The notes beneath the pieces were generated by a model. It saw only the letters and a program-made list of their open reading frames with translations. It had not been told where the DNA came from and searched no databases. The position numbers and the translations under genes were made by a program. From positions 9,240,001 through 9,304,000 of the forward strand of contig NC_086109.1 of the NCBI RefSeq assembly GCF_963921235.1: 64,000 nucleotides of DNA. Reading direction: 5' to 3'. The DNA comes from Mobula hypostoma (Eukaryota). Positions 11,541-23,925 of this stretch are shown in pieces. The stretch's first letter is position 1; the number at the start of each line of letters is the position of its first letter.

Positions 11541-11743
11541 TTGAGGTGTTCGCTGAGATTAGCAATTACCTTGCAGATGTTTCACCACCAGTCGACGAGA
11601 CAGCCTCATTGCGCAGTTCTTTGGCGTTTCTCTCTGAATGCAAGCACTCCCAGAGAGAAACACCAACAACCACACACAGAGGGTGTCACCTCAACTGCTG
11701 ATGGAACGTCTACAAGCTAATTGCCGAGCTCGGCAACCTCCAC
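11541..11743. repeat. Degenerate fold-back element with ~95-bp arms
   Basis: 11541-11636 is an imperfect reverse complement of 11651-11743; each arm contains a decayed hammerhead-like motif. Confidence 0.65.
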
Positions 11744-12083
11744 GGCATCAGACAGCCAGTGGTGTTCCAGCAGGGTCGAACCTTCTCTGAGGAGCGTCAC
11801 CACAAAGAGCGATCCCACCAAGATCTCAACAGGGGAGCCGGCGGAAGGTGATGACACACCACAGCGGCAGTGAAGGAGGAAGGCTGCAGCAGTAAAGGGT
11901 CCCCAGTTGCCTTTCATTCCACGCCACTGGACCCCGACCATCACGGACCACGTGGAGGCTGTCCATGCACCAGTCTCCCCATGTTAAAAAAAAAATCACG
12001 CACAGGCGTTCTCCACTCTAAAATCCCACATTATGTGGACCCTACTACTGCCTTAGGACCCACCAACAGACAACCCCTTAGGA

Positions 12084-12167
12084 CAGGGGTTGTCAACCCG
12101 AGGTCCATGGACCCTCTGGTCAATGGTTGGAATCCATGGCATAAAAAAAAAAGGTTGGGTATCCCTG
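12084..12167. mobile_element. ~80-bp hAT-like MITE
   Basis: Ends caggggttgtcaacc / ggttgggtatccctg; 8-bp TSD ccttagga / ccttggga. Confidence 0.75.
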
Positions 12168-12481
12168 CCTTGGGAGAATATCACACTCACCTCAAGTGAT
12201 CACACTATTACGAGTGTCAGATTCTCAGAAAGAGACAGAGACTCGCTGGAATGTAATCTCAACTCAATATTCAGGATACTAATAAAATCCATTTACTGTT
12301 GCATGTGGATTTTCTGTCATTAAATCTGGTATTTGATGCCTTGTATTGTTTCTTAACGAATACCTTGAGAAATAATAAGTAAAGCACATGGCTTTTGATT
12401 CCGATTCAAGTCAGTTCGAAGTAATAAAAAAAATAGACAGCATAAAAGTAGGCAGGGAACTGACAGGAAGCATAATGTTAC

Positions 12482-12567
12482 CTTTGGCTTTCATATTGGA
12501 AATGTGTGACTAATTTTATCCGTTACTTTCTAAATCTCCGTTGGAACCTCAAACCAACAATGTCACA
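12482..12567 (-). other. Candidate 86-nt exon of the minus-strand transcript
   Basis: Acceptor cttttgtgtatgtttcacAG|TGTGAC and donor ...ATGAAAGCCAAAG|GTAACA in unique sequence. Stops in all frames upstream of the ATG at 12494. Confidence 0.45.
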
Positions 12568-13042
12568 CTGTGAAACATACACAAAAGCGAGAGTTCAAGT
12601 GTATCACACTGTGGGGAGGTCTGTTGGGGAGCGAATTTTACCTTGGTTAGATTGATCTTTATAAAACGGGATACTTCCTTGCTGTGAGACGGACCCATAA
12701 TCTGGTCCCTCACATCAATCTCAGCAGCGGCTGGTTGAACATAGTCGTAGCTTCAGGCAGAAAGCATTACACTACGAATTAGTCAATTAGTTTAGTATTG
12801 TCACATGTACTGAGGTAGTGAAAGACCTCGGAAAGAAAGAAAGATCAGCTTTGTTTCTTCATTCCGAGGGTCGCGGGATGAGCTGCCAGTGCAAGTGATG
12901 CGTGCAAGCTCCATTTCAACGCTCAGGAGAAGTTTGGATCGGTACACGGATGGTAGGGATAGGAGTAGGCAGTTTAAATGGCTCGGTACAACCTAGATGG
13001 GCTGAAGGGCCTGTTTTTGTGCTGTTCTTTTCTATGACTACG

Positions 13043-13355
13043 CAAGGCATCCGTTAGTCTTGCGAGACCGTGGATCTGAGCCTGGAAAGTCTTCACCCTC
13101 CAGGGTGCAGGCCTGGGCAAGGTTGTATGGAAGACCGGCAGTTGCCCATGCTGCAAGTCTCCCCTCTCCATGAGACTGATGTTGTCCAAGGGAAGGGCAT
13201 TAGGACTCATACAGCTTGGCACCAGTGTCATCGCAGAGCAATGTGTGATTAAGTGCCTTGCTCAAGGACACAACACGTTCCCTCGGCTGGGGCTCGAACT
13301 CATGACCTTCAGGTCGCTAGTCGAATGCCTTAACCACTTGGCCACGTGCCCTCAC
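13043..13355 (-). mobile_element. Young tRNA-derived SINE
   Basis: Near-identical to 2977-3303; 8-bp TSD tgactacg. Confidence 0.85.
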
Positions 13356-14019
13356 TGACTACGTACGTCGAAACATATAGTGAAATGCATCACTTTTGCA
13401 TCAACAACCAACACAGAGGATGTACTTGGAGGCAGCCTGCAAATGTTGCCACATTTCCAGTGCCAACACAGCATGGCTACAAGTCACTAACCCTAATCCG
13501 TATGCCTTTTTGGAACGTGGGAGGAAACTGGAGCACGTGGAGGTGATGGCATGAACTTCTTCCAGGCGTTCAGCTTTCCTCATATACTTATCTTTTGTAC
13601 CATTTGCGTGGATCAATTCCAATACAGAATATTGGTAAATAGATCAATAACAGAGGGTGAGCAGTTGGGGTTGCCATAGAAACTTACAGCACAGAAACTT
13701 GAGCCCTCTCCTTACTGTGCTGCAGTCATCACTGAACCTTCAGCCTTTGTGAGGAGAACGCAGATGCTCCATATTGTCATTGCTACACCAGGGTGGACTC
13801 GAGGCATACAACCCCTCCTCGTCTTTCTGCCCAAGAACCATGGGTTCGGGTCCCAGTCCTCAGACAGCCCAGTGTTGAGGCCTGGTATTCAGGGTACTGG
13901 TCATCAGAAAGTCCTAGTGTTTAGTGTACCAGTCAATGGAGAGACTGGTGTTCAAGGTCTAATGTTCAGGGTACTGGCCGTTGGAGAGTCCAGCATTCAA
14001 GACCTGGAGTTTAGGGCAT

Positions 14020-14244
14020 CAGTCATCGAAGAAGCCGGTACTTGAGGCCTAGTGTTCAGGGTGTCAGTCATCGAAGAAGCCGGTACTTGAGGCCTAGTGT
14101 TCAGGGTGTCAATCATCGAAGAAGCCGGTACTTGAGGCCTAGTGTTCAGGGTGTCAGTCATCGAAGAAGCCGGTACTTGAGGCCTAGTGTTCAGGGTGTC
14201 AATCATCGAAGAAGCCGGTACTTGAGGCCTAGTGTTCAGGGTGT
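14020..14244. repeat. Minisatellite, 5 x 45 bp
   Basis: Unit ca(g/a)tcatcgaagaagccggtacttgaggcctagtgttcagggtgt repeated five times; degenerate units upstream (~13870-14019). Confidence 0.95.
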
Positions 14245-14737
14245 ACAACAGGCTCCTAGACAGGCACTGAATGTGCAGATAATGGAGGGATAGAGACCAT
14301 GTGCAGAGAGAGGCGTTAGGTCTTGTCGTTTAATTAGTTCAGCACAACATCACATGCTGAAGAGCCTGCTCCTGTGCAGTATTGTTCTACAAGTCTTAAC
14401 CACACCACGGGTTGCTGAGGTTCTGATGTGGCGAGCAATATGAGACATGTTTACACCCACATCACTCAACACCCACAGACACCCGTTTCAAGGAGAAACA
14501 GTTAAAGTTCAACCCCGACTAGTGCAGATTCACCAAGATGGTTCAGTTATGAGGATGTACTGGAGAGTCAGTGATGGAGGCAGATACACTAGTGAAATTT
14601 AAGAGACTACTAGAGAGGTACATGGAGGAATTTAAGGTAGGGGGGTTATATGAAAGGCAGGGTTTAAGGGTCGGCACAACATTGTGGGCTGAAGGGCCTG
14701 TACTGTGCTGTACTGTTCTATGTTCTATGTTCCAGTG

Positions 14738-15462
14738 CAGGGGTCCTCAACCTTTTTTGCACTGCGGACCGGTTTAATATTGACAATATTCTTGCAGACC
14801 GGCCGACCGGGTGGGGGGGGGGGGTATTCAAGTAGGGTTAAACTCACTTCAGTCTTTTACAGTTAGAGTTGCCAACTTTCTCACTCCCAAATAAGGGACA
14901 AAAGTAGCAGTCAAATCCCGGGACACTTTAGTCCAGGAAAGACTACCATGACCATGAAGCCTTGCACGGGCACCTGTGCGCGCTTGCGTGACGTGCCATT
15001 TTTTTTTTCCCACAAATTGGTTTTGGCTTAATCTTCCCGACTACACTGTACATACATTATTTCTACTTTATATAGGCTGTGTATTTATCATAACACTAAC
15101 ATAGTAAAAGCAGGAATGATATTTATTCTCGGTTTCGTGTGTTATTTGGTATGATTTGTTAGGTGATTTTTTGGGTTTGGGAATGCTCAAAAATTTTTCC
15201 TATATAAATAAATGGTAATTGCTTCTTCACTTCACGCCATTTCGGCACGAAAGGTTTCACAGGAACACTCTACCTTAGCCAGGGAAATACAGGACAAACC
15301 AATTAGCAAAATATATGGGATGTCCCGGTAAATACAGGACAGTTGGCAACCCTATGTTCAAATTCAACAGTGCGTGACAGGGAATGAGGAAAGGTGCAGC
15401 TGACTCATATCATTTCCTTGCGGCCCGGTACCGGTCCGTGGCCTGATGGTTGGGGACCGCTG
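14738..15462. mobile_element. Non-autonomous hAT (Charlie-like) element with a nested MITE
   Basis: TIR caggggtcctcaacc / ggttggggaccgctg; degenerate 8-bp TSD ttccagtg / ttctaggg; nested element 14864-15354 with TIR tagagttgccaact / agttggcaacccta. Confidence 0.75.
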
Positions 15463-17529
15463 TTCTAGGGTGACTGTTCTCCTTCAAGCAGAAAAGTCGA
15501 AGTAACCTGATAGGAGTAAACTTGTGCTCTTTCTCGTAAAAATTTGTGTATAATTTATGTTTTTCTTGCGAATGGCACTTACTTGATGTTATATGCCTAC
15601 AATGTTTCTCTTATTAAGTTGTTTCATTTCACTGTGCAAACGACAATACTACCCTCTCTTCCTGACCCCTACCTCACCTGAAACACCTATTAACCATCAG
15701 GAAATGCTCCACCAGCTATCCGCCCTTTCCCTTCCCAGTCCAAACAAAGAGTCTTTCTTGACCCAACATGTCGACTCTCCATAGGTACTGTCTGACCCAC
15801 CGAGCTCCACCAGCATTGTGTGCTGGATTTACTTGAGCCCAAGAGAGAAGAGACCACTGACAGATTCAAATTTACCACACTGAAACAAAGTGAAGTATGC
15901 CATTTGTGTTGTTTCTTTTTAAATGCCATGGACCAATACTGTTAAGCAAGGGGTCTGTAGGCCCCAGGCTGGGAACCTCTGCCCTAAGAGATGTGCTAGG
16001 CACAGCCCACAAGTATCGCCACACATTCTGATGCCAACATAACATGCCCACGATTCTCAGCAGAACAACACAACAGCATCAAAGCAAGCCCCTTCTCCAA
16101 CTCGCACCCGCCTATACAGACAATACTCGACCCACAGTGCAGGCCTCCAGCTTTCTGTCATTGCACTTTGACTTCTGGACTGCTGATCGACAGGAAAGAG
16201 AGACAGAAACACCAAAGTGAACTGAGCTGGAGTAACCTGGGACTCTCTAGAAATCAGTGCCAACAGCAAAGTGTTCGTGTAGCAAAACAGCCCTGAAGGG
16301 CCTCAGCCCGAAATGCAACTATTCCTCTCCATTGATGCAGCCTGACCTGTCGAGTTTCTCCAGCATTTTGTGCATCTGCAGAATCTCGTGCACAGGAATC
16401 TCTCGCTTAGCCGAAGCACCAGAGCATAAAGTGCAAGCCAGACTGGAGGGACTTTAGTGACGTACAGTGAACCACCCAATGCAGGAAATATGGAATCACC
16501 TTTCACCAGCCAGGTGTGTGAAAGTTGCCTTTGATTTTAAGAAGTCTATATCCATAAATTATGTTAAGTAGACAAAACATTTTCCAGTGGTTATTGAGCA
16601 GCCTGATAACCAATTGCTGATTCTAATTGTCACATTTTTAAAGTAATCAAGGATTAACTTTTTTTTTCATCATATAGAGTACATTGACATGTGTTGGGAA
16701 TTTACTGAGCTCTGTTGGTCAGGGCACGACATGCAACAAAAAAAAATTCAGCAATTATACAGAATAAAAAAAATTATACAAAACTAAAGTTAGAGACTAA
16801 AGTACAAATATGGAAATAAAATGTGTAGAAATATATGGGATGAGTAACAATAGAAACTGCATCCAAGCCAAGTGCAATTTTACAGCCAGCAGGGGATCAG
16901 AGTCAGGCTTAATATCATAGCACAAGTCGTGAAATTTGTTGTTTTTGCAGCAGTAGTAGAATGTAATACAGAAAAGCTGAACTACAGCAGGTATATAGTG
17001 GGCAGGACAGCAGTACTCCCTAAAATAATCCAGATTTATTTTAAACAAGAGATTCTTCTGACGCAGCAAGTCCAGAGCAATACACACACATAAATGCTGG
17101 AGGAATTCAGCAGGTCAGGCAGCGTCTATGGAGAGGAATAAAGAGTCAACATTTCTAGCTGAGACCCTTCACCAAAGCACTTTGTCTTGAAGATTCTCGG
17201 TCTGAAATCAGAATCAGATTTAATATCACCAGTACATGTTGTGAAATTTGTAATATTTGCTGCAGCAAGACAATGGAATACATTAATTCCATTTTTAAGT
17301 ATATATATTTCAAAAGTTAAATTAAGTAGTGCAAAAAAAGCGAAGTAGTGTTCAAGGGTCCAATGTTCAATCTGATGGCAGAAGGGAAGATGCTCTTCCT
17401 GAAATGTTGAAATATTAGAATGCTAGGCAGCACTTTGCTCCGAATCTTCCTCCTTATATGAACAGAAGAAGAGAAGAAAACCCTTAACTCCAAGTGGAAT
17501 CATCGGGATGCTGTCATGATGGCGTTTTT

Positions 17530-17681
17530 TTTAGCAGGCTTTCTTATTTTTACAAGACCGAGTTGTTAGCTCGACGCTCAACCCAGCACGGATGAAAAGC
17601 GTGTAAGGGAGCCGGCTGGATTCGAACTCGGGAGCCTTCGCTCTGAAGTCCGGCGCTGATGCCACTACGCCACCAGCCGGC
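17530..17681 (-). mobile_element. tRNA-derived SINE
   Basis: Minus strand GCCGGCTGGTGGCGTAGTGG...GAGTTCGAATCCAGCCGGC followed by a non-tRNA body shared with 4723-4916. Confidence 0.75.
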
Positions 17682-19016
17682 AACATCAACAGTAGAGCAG
17701 TACACAAAATCCATCTGCAATGTCGCTTCCTCTCACAGAGGGGCATCTGTGTCTGCACTTTACATTCCAATGAGAACAGCCACATCCCCGATCAGTGCTC
17801 ATGCAAGTCAGATCCAGACTGAAACTCCTGCATTACGCCCGAGTATCTAGTCCCAGGATACGCGTGGCCTTGTGTTTTGTTCACCCAAAAGATGGGAACC
17901 CATGCCCTTTTCTTGTTACTGCCGTCAGGGAGATTAGATTAGATTATGAGGACACTCAGTCCTCGTTTATTGTCATTTAGAAATGCATTCATTAAAAAAA
18001 TGATGCAATGTTCCTCCAGTATGATATCACAGTAACAGAGGAGAGGCAGAGTCAAGTTTAACATCACTGGCATAGGTCATGAAATTTGTTGTTATTATAA
18101 GGCACAGGAGAAGAATTAGGCCACTTGGCCCATCAAGTCTGTGCTGCCATTTCATCATGGCTAATCCACTTCCCTCTCAGTCTCAATGTTCTGCCTTCTC
18201 CCCGCATCCCTTCATACCCTGACTAATAAGGCATTAAGATACAGGAGCAGAGTTATGCAGCAATGGTACATTGTAATACATGGCATTAAAAACTGTAAAT
18301 TAAAGTATACATTTATAAAGTTAAATTAAATTGGTGAAAAGAGAGTAGTGAGGTAGTGTTGACTGGTTCAACATTCATTCATAAATCGGATGGCAGAGGG
18401 AGAGAAGCCCTTCCTGAATCGTTGAGTGTGTGCCTTCAGGCTCTGGTATCTCCTCCTTAATGGTAGCAATGAGAAGAGGGCATGTCCCGGGTGATGGGGA
18501 TCCTTAATGATGGGTGCTGCCTTTTTGGGGCTTCACCATTTAAAGATGTCCTCTATGCTGGGGAGGTTCGAGCCCATGATCGGGCTGGCTGAGTTTACAA
18601 ATCACTGCAGATTATTCCAATCATGTGCAGTAGCCCCCTCCAAACGAAAATGGTGATGCAGATACACAGGGTATATTTTATGTATTGCACTGTGGTGCTG
18701 CTGAAAAACACCAGATTTCACATTATACAGTATGTCAATGATGATAAACCCAATTCTGATTCTCCTCTCCCCCCTCCTTTGAAACTCACTTCTTCTCCCA
18801 GTCCTTTCTGGTAACACACCCGACGAACGACAGACCTGGCTTTATAAATGTAAGAAATTGTTGTACAATATAGTTACCACTTTACTACCACAGCAAAACT
18901 CCTTCGGCATGGTTTCCTCTTATCACGTGGAAGGGGCCATTTGGCCCTTCAAGTGTATGCCCGCTGTTAGAGCTATTGTTGAGTCTCATTTCCCCCAGTT
19001 ACTTCCCTATGATCTA

Positions 19017-19700
19017 CAGCACTCTGCAAAAGACTTAGGCACGACATTTTTAAATATGGATTTAGATGGCATGGCCTCTCTATAGAGCCCGATCTCAATA
19101 TCATCGAGGCTGTCTGGGATTCGTTAGAGAGACAGAAGCAAGCAAAACAGCCAAAAATCTGCTGAAGAATTGGCAAGTTCTCCTAGATTCTTGGAACAAA
19201 CTACCGGCCAATTTTCTTATAAAACTGCATGACAGTGTACCCAAGAGAATTTATTCAGTTTTAAAGGCAAAGGCTGGTCACACCAAATATTGATTTGATT
19301 TAGTGTTTTTTTTTTACTGCTTACTGCTTTTTATAGTAATTTTTTTTGGAAAAGTTTCTAAATATCAATTCATTATTTTTAGAAGCATCTTCACTTACCA
19401 TCAGGGAGGAGGTACAGGAGCCTGATGACACACCCAACGATTGAGAAACTGCTTCTTCCCCTCTGCCACCCGATTTCTGAATGGACATTGAACCCATGAA
19501 CACTACCTCACTACTTTTTTTTGAATTTATATTTTTGCACTACTTATTTAAATACATAATTCACTTTTTTCCCTCTGTACTGTACTGCATTGTACCGCTG
19601 CTGCAAAATCAACAAATTTCACGATGTATGCCGGTGATGTTAACCTTGAGTTTGATTACAGATTTTTGTTATGTGTGCCTAATACTTTTGCACAGTCCTG
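19017..19700 (+). mobile_element. Internally deleted Tc1/mariner element with a transposase C-terminal remnant
   Basis: TIR cagcactctgcaaaagacttaggcac / gtgcctaatacttttgcacagtcctg; frameshifted WP..SPDLNIIEAVWD...VLKAKAGHTKY at ~19070-19293; a LINE fragment is inserted at ~19390-19650. Confidence 0.85.
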
Positions 19701-19709
19701 AATTTACTT

Positions 19710-20190
19710 CCAAGGTTCACGAGGTTAATGCCCAGGATGGCGGGACTGTCATATGTTGAAAGAGTGGAGCGACTCGGGTTGTATACACTGGAATTTAGAA
19801 GGATGAGAGGGGATCTGATTGAAACATATAAGATTATTAAGGGATTGGACATGCTAGAGGCAGGAAACATGTTCCCGATGTTGGGGGAGTCCAGAACCAG
19901 AGGCCACAGTTTAAGAATAAGGGGTAGACAATTTAGAACAGAGTTGAGGAAAAACTTTTTCCACACAGAGGGTTGTGGTTCTGTGGAATGCTCTGCCCCA
20001 GAAGGCAGTGGAGGCCAATTCTCCGGATTCTTTCAAAAAAGAGTTAGATAGAGCTCTTAAAGATAGCAGAGTGAAGGGATATGGGGAGAAGGCAGGAAAA
20101 GGGTACTGATTGTGGATGATCAGCCATGATCACAGTGAATGGCGGCGCTGGCTCGAAGGGCTGAATGGCCTACTCACGCACCTATTGTCT
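19710..20190 (+). mobile_element. CR1 LINE 3' end (well preserved)
   Basis: ORF 19728-20051 GLSYVERVERLGLYTLEFRRMRGDLIETYKIIKG...RTRGHSLRI is the CR1 ORF2 C-terminus. Confidence 0.9.
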
Positions 20191-20397
20191 AACTGCATCA
20201 GCACCACCCCCCCATGCTTCTTCTACTCATCTAAGCTGAGTGTAATTTTCAGGAATGAAAACCGGGATGCTTGGGGCAAGGCGAGGGAGGGTGACACGCT
20301 TTCACTTCATAGGGAGAACATGAAAATTCCAGCCAAGGTCAGGAACGGATGCGCATCTGAGTTGTGAGGTAGTAGCATGGCCAGAATCACCATGCGC

Positions 20398-21071
20398 ATA
20401 TTTTCAATATTATTTCTAAGGTATTAAATATAGATTTCTCTCCTCACCCTATTACTGCTATCTTTGGACTACCTAAAATTTCTAGTAATCTTTCCCCTTC
20501 AGCCCGTAGAATGATTGCATTTCTTACTTTAATGGCGAAAAGATGTATTTTACAACATTGGAAAGAGCTTAATGCTCCAACTACCTTTTTTTGGTTTTCT
20601 CAGACGATTTTGTGTTTGAATTTGGAGAAAATTAGAAGTAACCTTTATGATTCTTCATTTAAATTTGAACAGATTTGGGGACCTTTTATTCGATATTTTC
20701 ATTTAATGTAATATTTACCCTTCTTGTTTTTTTTTACTGTTTTTAATGGAGGTCGGGATTGAGGACGTGATTTTAAGTTTAACTCTGTTTGGTTTCAAGT
20801 TAGCCCATTGCTTTGCCTTGCTTTTAGTTAGCTGCACGGTGGGTTTTTTTTGGGGGGTTTTTTTTTCTTTTTTTTCCATTGATATATATAAAATTTAGTA
20901 TACTATTATGTTATCTTGGTTTCTTATGTTTAAATTACATTGTTTGTAGTATTTTCTTTTTGGTATTGATATCTTTTGGAATTTTATTATACTTTAACAT
21001 TGTATTAATGTTTATATGGCTTACCTTTTTTGTATACTTACTCAATAAAAAGATTTAAAAAGAAAGAAAGA
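20398..21071 (+). mobile_element. 5'-truncated L1-clade LINE insertion
   Basis: ORF2 C-terminus AKRCILQHWK...LEKIR...FEQIWGPFIRYF; T-rich 3' UTR; AATAAA and A-rich tail; perfect 16-bp TSD cagaatcaccatgcgc (20382-20397 / 21072-21087). Confidence 0.92.
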
Positions 21072-21246
21072 CAGAATCACCATGCGCTGCACACAAAGGT
21101 GCAAGAGATCCAGCCCCTGTACAGGATTGCTTATTGCAAACTTCAGCCACACGTGTTGAGGATCAACTTTATTGACCAGCTACATTTACACGCATTAGGA
21201 ATTTACTGTGGTGTGTTGGTCATCAGGGTGTGACATGCAACAAAAC

Positions 21247-21753
21247 ACCTACCTACAGGAAAGATGGAAATAAAGTTGAAAGAGTACAAAGAAAATTTAC
21301 AAGGATGTTGCCCGGGACTTGAGGACCTGAGTTATAAAGAAAGATTGAATAGGTCAGGACTTTATTCCTTGGAATGTTAAAGATTGAGGGGAGATTTGGT
21401 AGAGGTATACAAAATTATGAGGGGTATAGATAGGGTGAATCCAAACAGGCTTTTTCCACTGAGGTTGGGCGAGACTAGAGCTAGAGACCATGCGTTAAGG
21501 GTGAAAGGAGAAAAGTTTAAGGGGAACATGAGAGGTAACTTCTTCACTCAGAGGGTGGTGAGAGTGTGGGACAAGCTGCCAGCACAAGTGGTGCATACGC
21601 GCTCGGTTTCTACATTTAAGCAGAGTTTGGACGGGGTAGGGGTATGGAGGGCTATGGTCTAGTTGATGGGACTAGGCAGTCTAAATGGTTCAGTATGGAA
21701 TAGATGGGCTGAAGGGCCTGGTTCTGTGCTGTACTTTTCTATGACTATGACTC
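21247..21753 (+). mobile_element. CR1 LINE 3' end
   Basis: RGDLVEVYKIMRG...NFFTQRVVRVW motif and (ctatga)n tail. Confidence 0.88.
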
Positions 21754-23269
21754 TAAAAAACAGCAACATTCACAATTTTAAAGAATAATGGCATTAAAAT
21801 AAAGTTAAAGGTTTAAGTACAGATAGGGAATAAAATCTGCCTAAATATCAGCATTTACAATGTAAACTGCATTATAAAAAAATATTTAAAGTGTTTACTG
21901 TGCAGTGATTGAGGTAATAGAGGGGGTGGGGGTTAACTACAATAATTGATAAGATTAACTGCTTTGGGGAAGAAAATCATAATTTACTGTGAGTTATCAG
22001 GATGACACTGCAAGCTCACAATACTGGAAATGAACTGGATATTATTTCAGATCTATAGTGGCTAAATCTCTCTGCAACCAACAGCAGAGACAGCTGGTCA
22101 GACTCAGTCATGTTGGTTCATGGCCTGCTCTTGTGCCACAGTGAAGCTACCTTCAAGGTGAAGGAGCAATACATTATATTCCATCTGTGTAGCTGCAACC
22201 TGTTGGCATGGGTCTCGATTTGTCCTTCCAGTATGGTAAAAAAAAACTCCCCCCCTCCTATTCCAGCCTCTTCTCACCTGTCTATCACCTCCCCCCCTGT
22301 GCCCCTCCTCCTTCCCTTTCTCCTCAAATCTAATCAAGTTTAGATATCATTCAAATCGTACATGGATACAGCCAAACAAGACAGTGTCCCTCTGGGGCCA
22401 ACATACAAAAACATAACACACACACTCAAAATAAGGCAAGAGAATAAAGAACGGTCACGCAAGAAAACACATTTAGTCCAAGACCTTGAGCTACAAGTTG
22501 TGCAAATTGATGGTTCATGGTAGTCCAGACTGTAATTCTATCGATCCAACACTGGAGGGCAGCACCAATGGGAGCGGTTATCCCCAACTAAACACGAATG
22601 CCTATAGGAGAGGAGAGTCTACTATCAGACTCCTTCCTTGACAGCCCTTTACCTTCCCCACCCATCATCTTCTAGCTATCCCCCTTCCCCCCCACCCTTC
22701 CCTTCCCCTCCCCCTTCTTTTCCAGTCATGAAGAATGGTTTTGGCTTGAAACATTGACTGTCTGTTCATTTCCACGGATGCTGCCTGAACTGCCAAGTTC
22801 CTCCAGTGTCTTGCTCAAGATTTTTCTTCCCATTTCAAAGTTTAGGATAATAATTATCTCCGAATGGGAATTAGAGCCTGATAGCTGAGTAGCTGTTTCA
22901 GTAATGACAACGTGGTTGATATCTAGCCTGAAGCCATAGGACAGTCAAAGTTCCACTGGTCAGAGTGAAGGCTGAAAAACTACTCACATTAGGAGGAAGC
23001 TCAAAATGTTGAGGAACACAGCATGGAAACAGGCCCTTCGGTCCATCTCATCCATGCTGACCAAACCTCCCTTCTAAACTAGTGACATTTACCTAGTTTT
23101 GGCCCAATAAATGTGCCATTTGCAATCCGAGATCAGCAGTTCAGATATAACCAAGGTTCCTGCTTCCTTTTGCCTTAAACTATTCACATCTTTGGCAAGA
23201 AAGCACTTATCCCACCCTTCCAAAGTTCTGCACTTTCCACTCATTTGTAAACAGAGGTTATCGATTCAC

Positions 23270-23925
23270 CATAGGAGCAGAATTAGGCCATTTGGCTCTT
23301 CAAATCTGTCCTGCCAATCCATCGTGGCTGATTTATTATCCCTCCCAATCCCATTCACCTGCCTTCTCACCATAACTTTTGATGGCCTGACTAATCAAAC
23401 TATCAGCCTCTATTTTAAATATACCCAACTGTGGACTTGGCCGCCACAGCTGTCTATGGCAATGAATTCCACAGATTCACCACCCTCTGGCTAGAGAAAT
23501 TCCTCATCTGTTTAAAGGGACACCCTTGTATTCTGAGGCTCTACCCTCTGGTCCCAGAGGCTCCCACCGTAGGAAACTTCCTCTCCATGTCCACACTATC
23601 TAGGCCTTGCAATATTCGATAGATTTCAATGAGACCCTCCCTCCTCCTTCTGAACTCCAGTGAGTTCAGGCTCAAAGCCATCAAATGCTGTTAACCCTTT
23701 CTTTCCTGGGATCATTCTCATAACCCTCTCCAGACCTCTGGACCCTTTCCAATGCCACCACATCCCCTCTTAGATATGGAACCCAAGAGTGCTCCTAGTA
23801 CAGTCTGACTAATGACTTTAAAGCCCCAGCACTGCATGCTTGCCTTTATATTCTCATCCTCTGGAAATGAATGTTAATATTACATTTGTCTTCCTCAGCA
23901 CTAACTCAACCTGCAGGTTAGCCTT
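23270..23925 (-). mobile_element. CR1 LINE fragment
   Basis: Reverse complement of the CR1 3' region; similar to 39430-39857, 46600-47100 and 62690-63020. Confidence 0.75.

Noticed and set aside
14020..14244. CRISPR-like regular repeats and repetitive ORFs
   Set aside because: Units are contiguous with no unique spacers, there are no cas genes, and the context is eukaryotic; it is a minisatellite.
17607..17681. tRNA gene with an apparent TCA anticodon
   Set aside because: The anticodon stem does not pair properly and the sequence continues into a SINE body that has a second copy at 4723-4916.
20365..20375. let-7-like tgaggtagtag
   Set aside because: An 11-nt match within a decayed SINE end; the rest of the mature sequence and the hairpin are absent.
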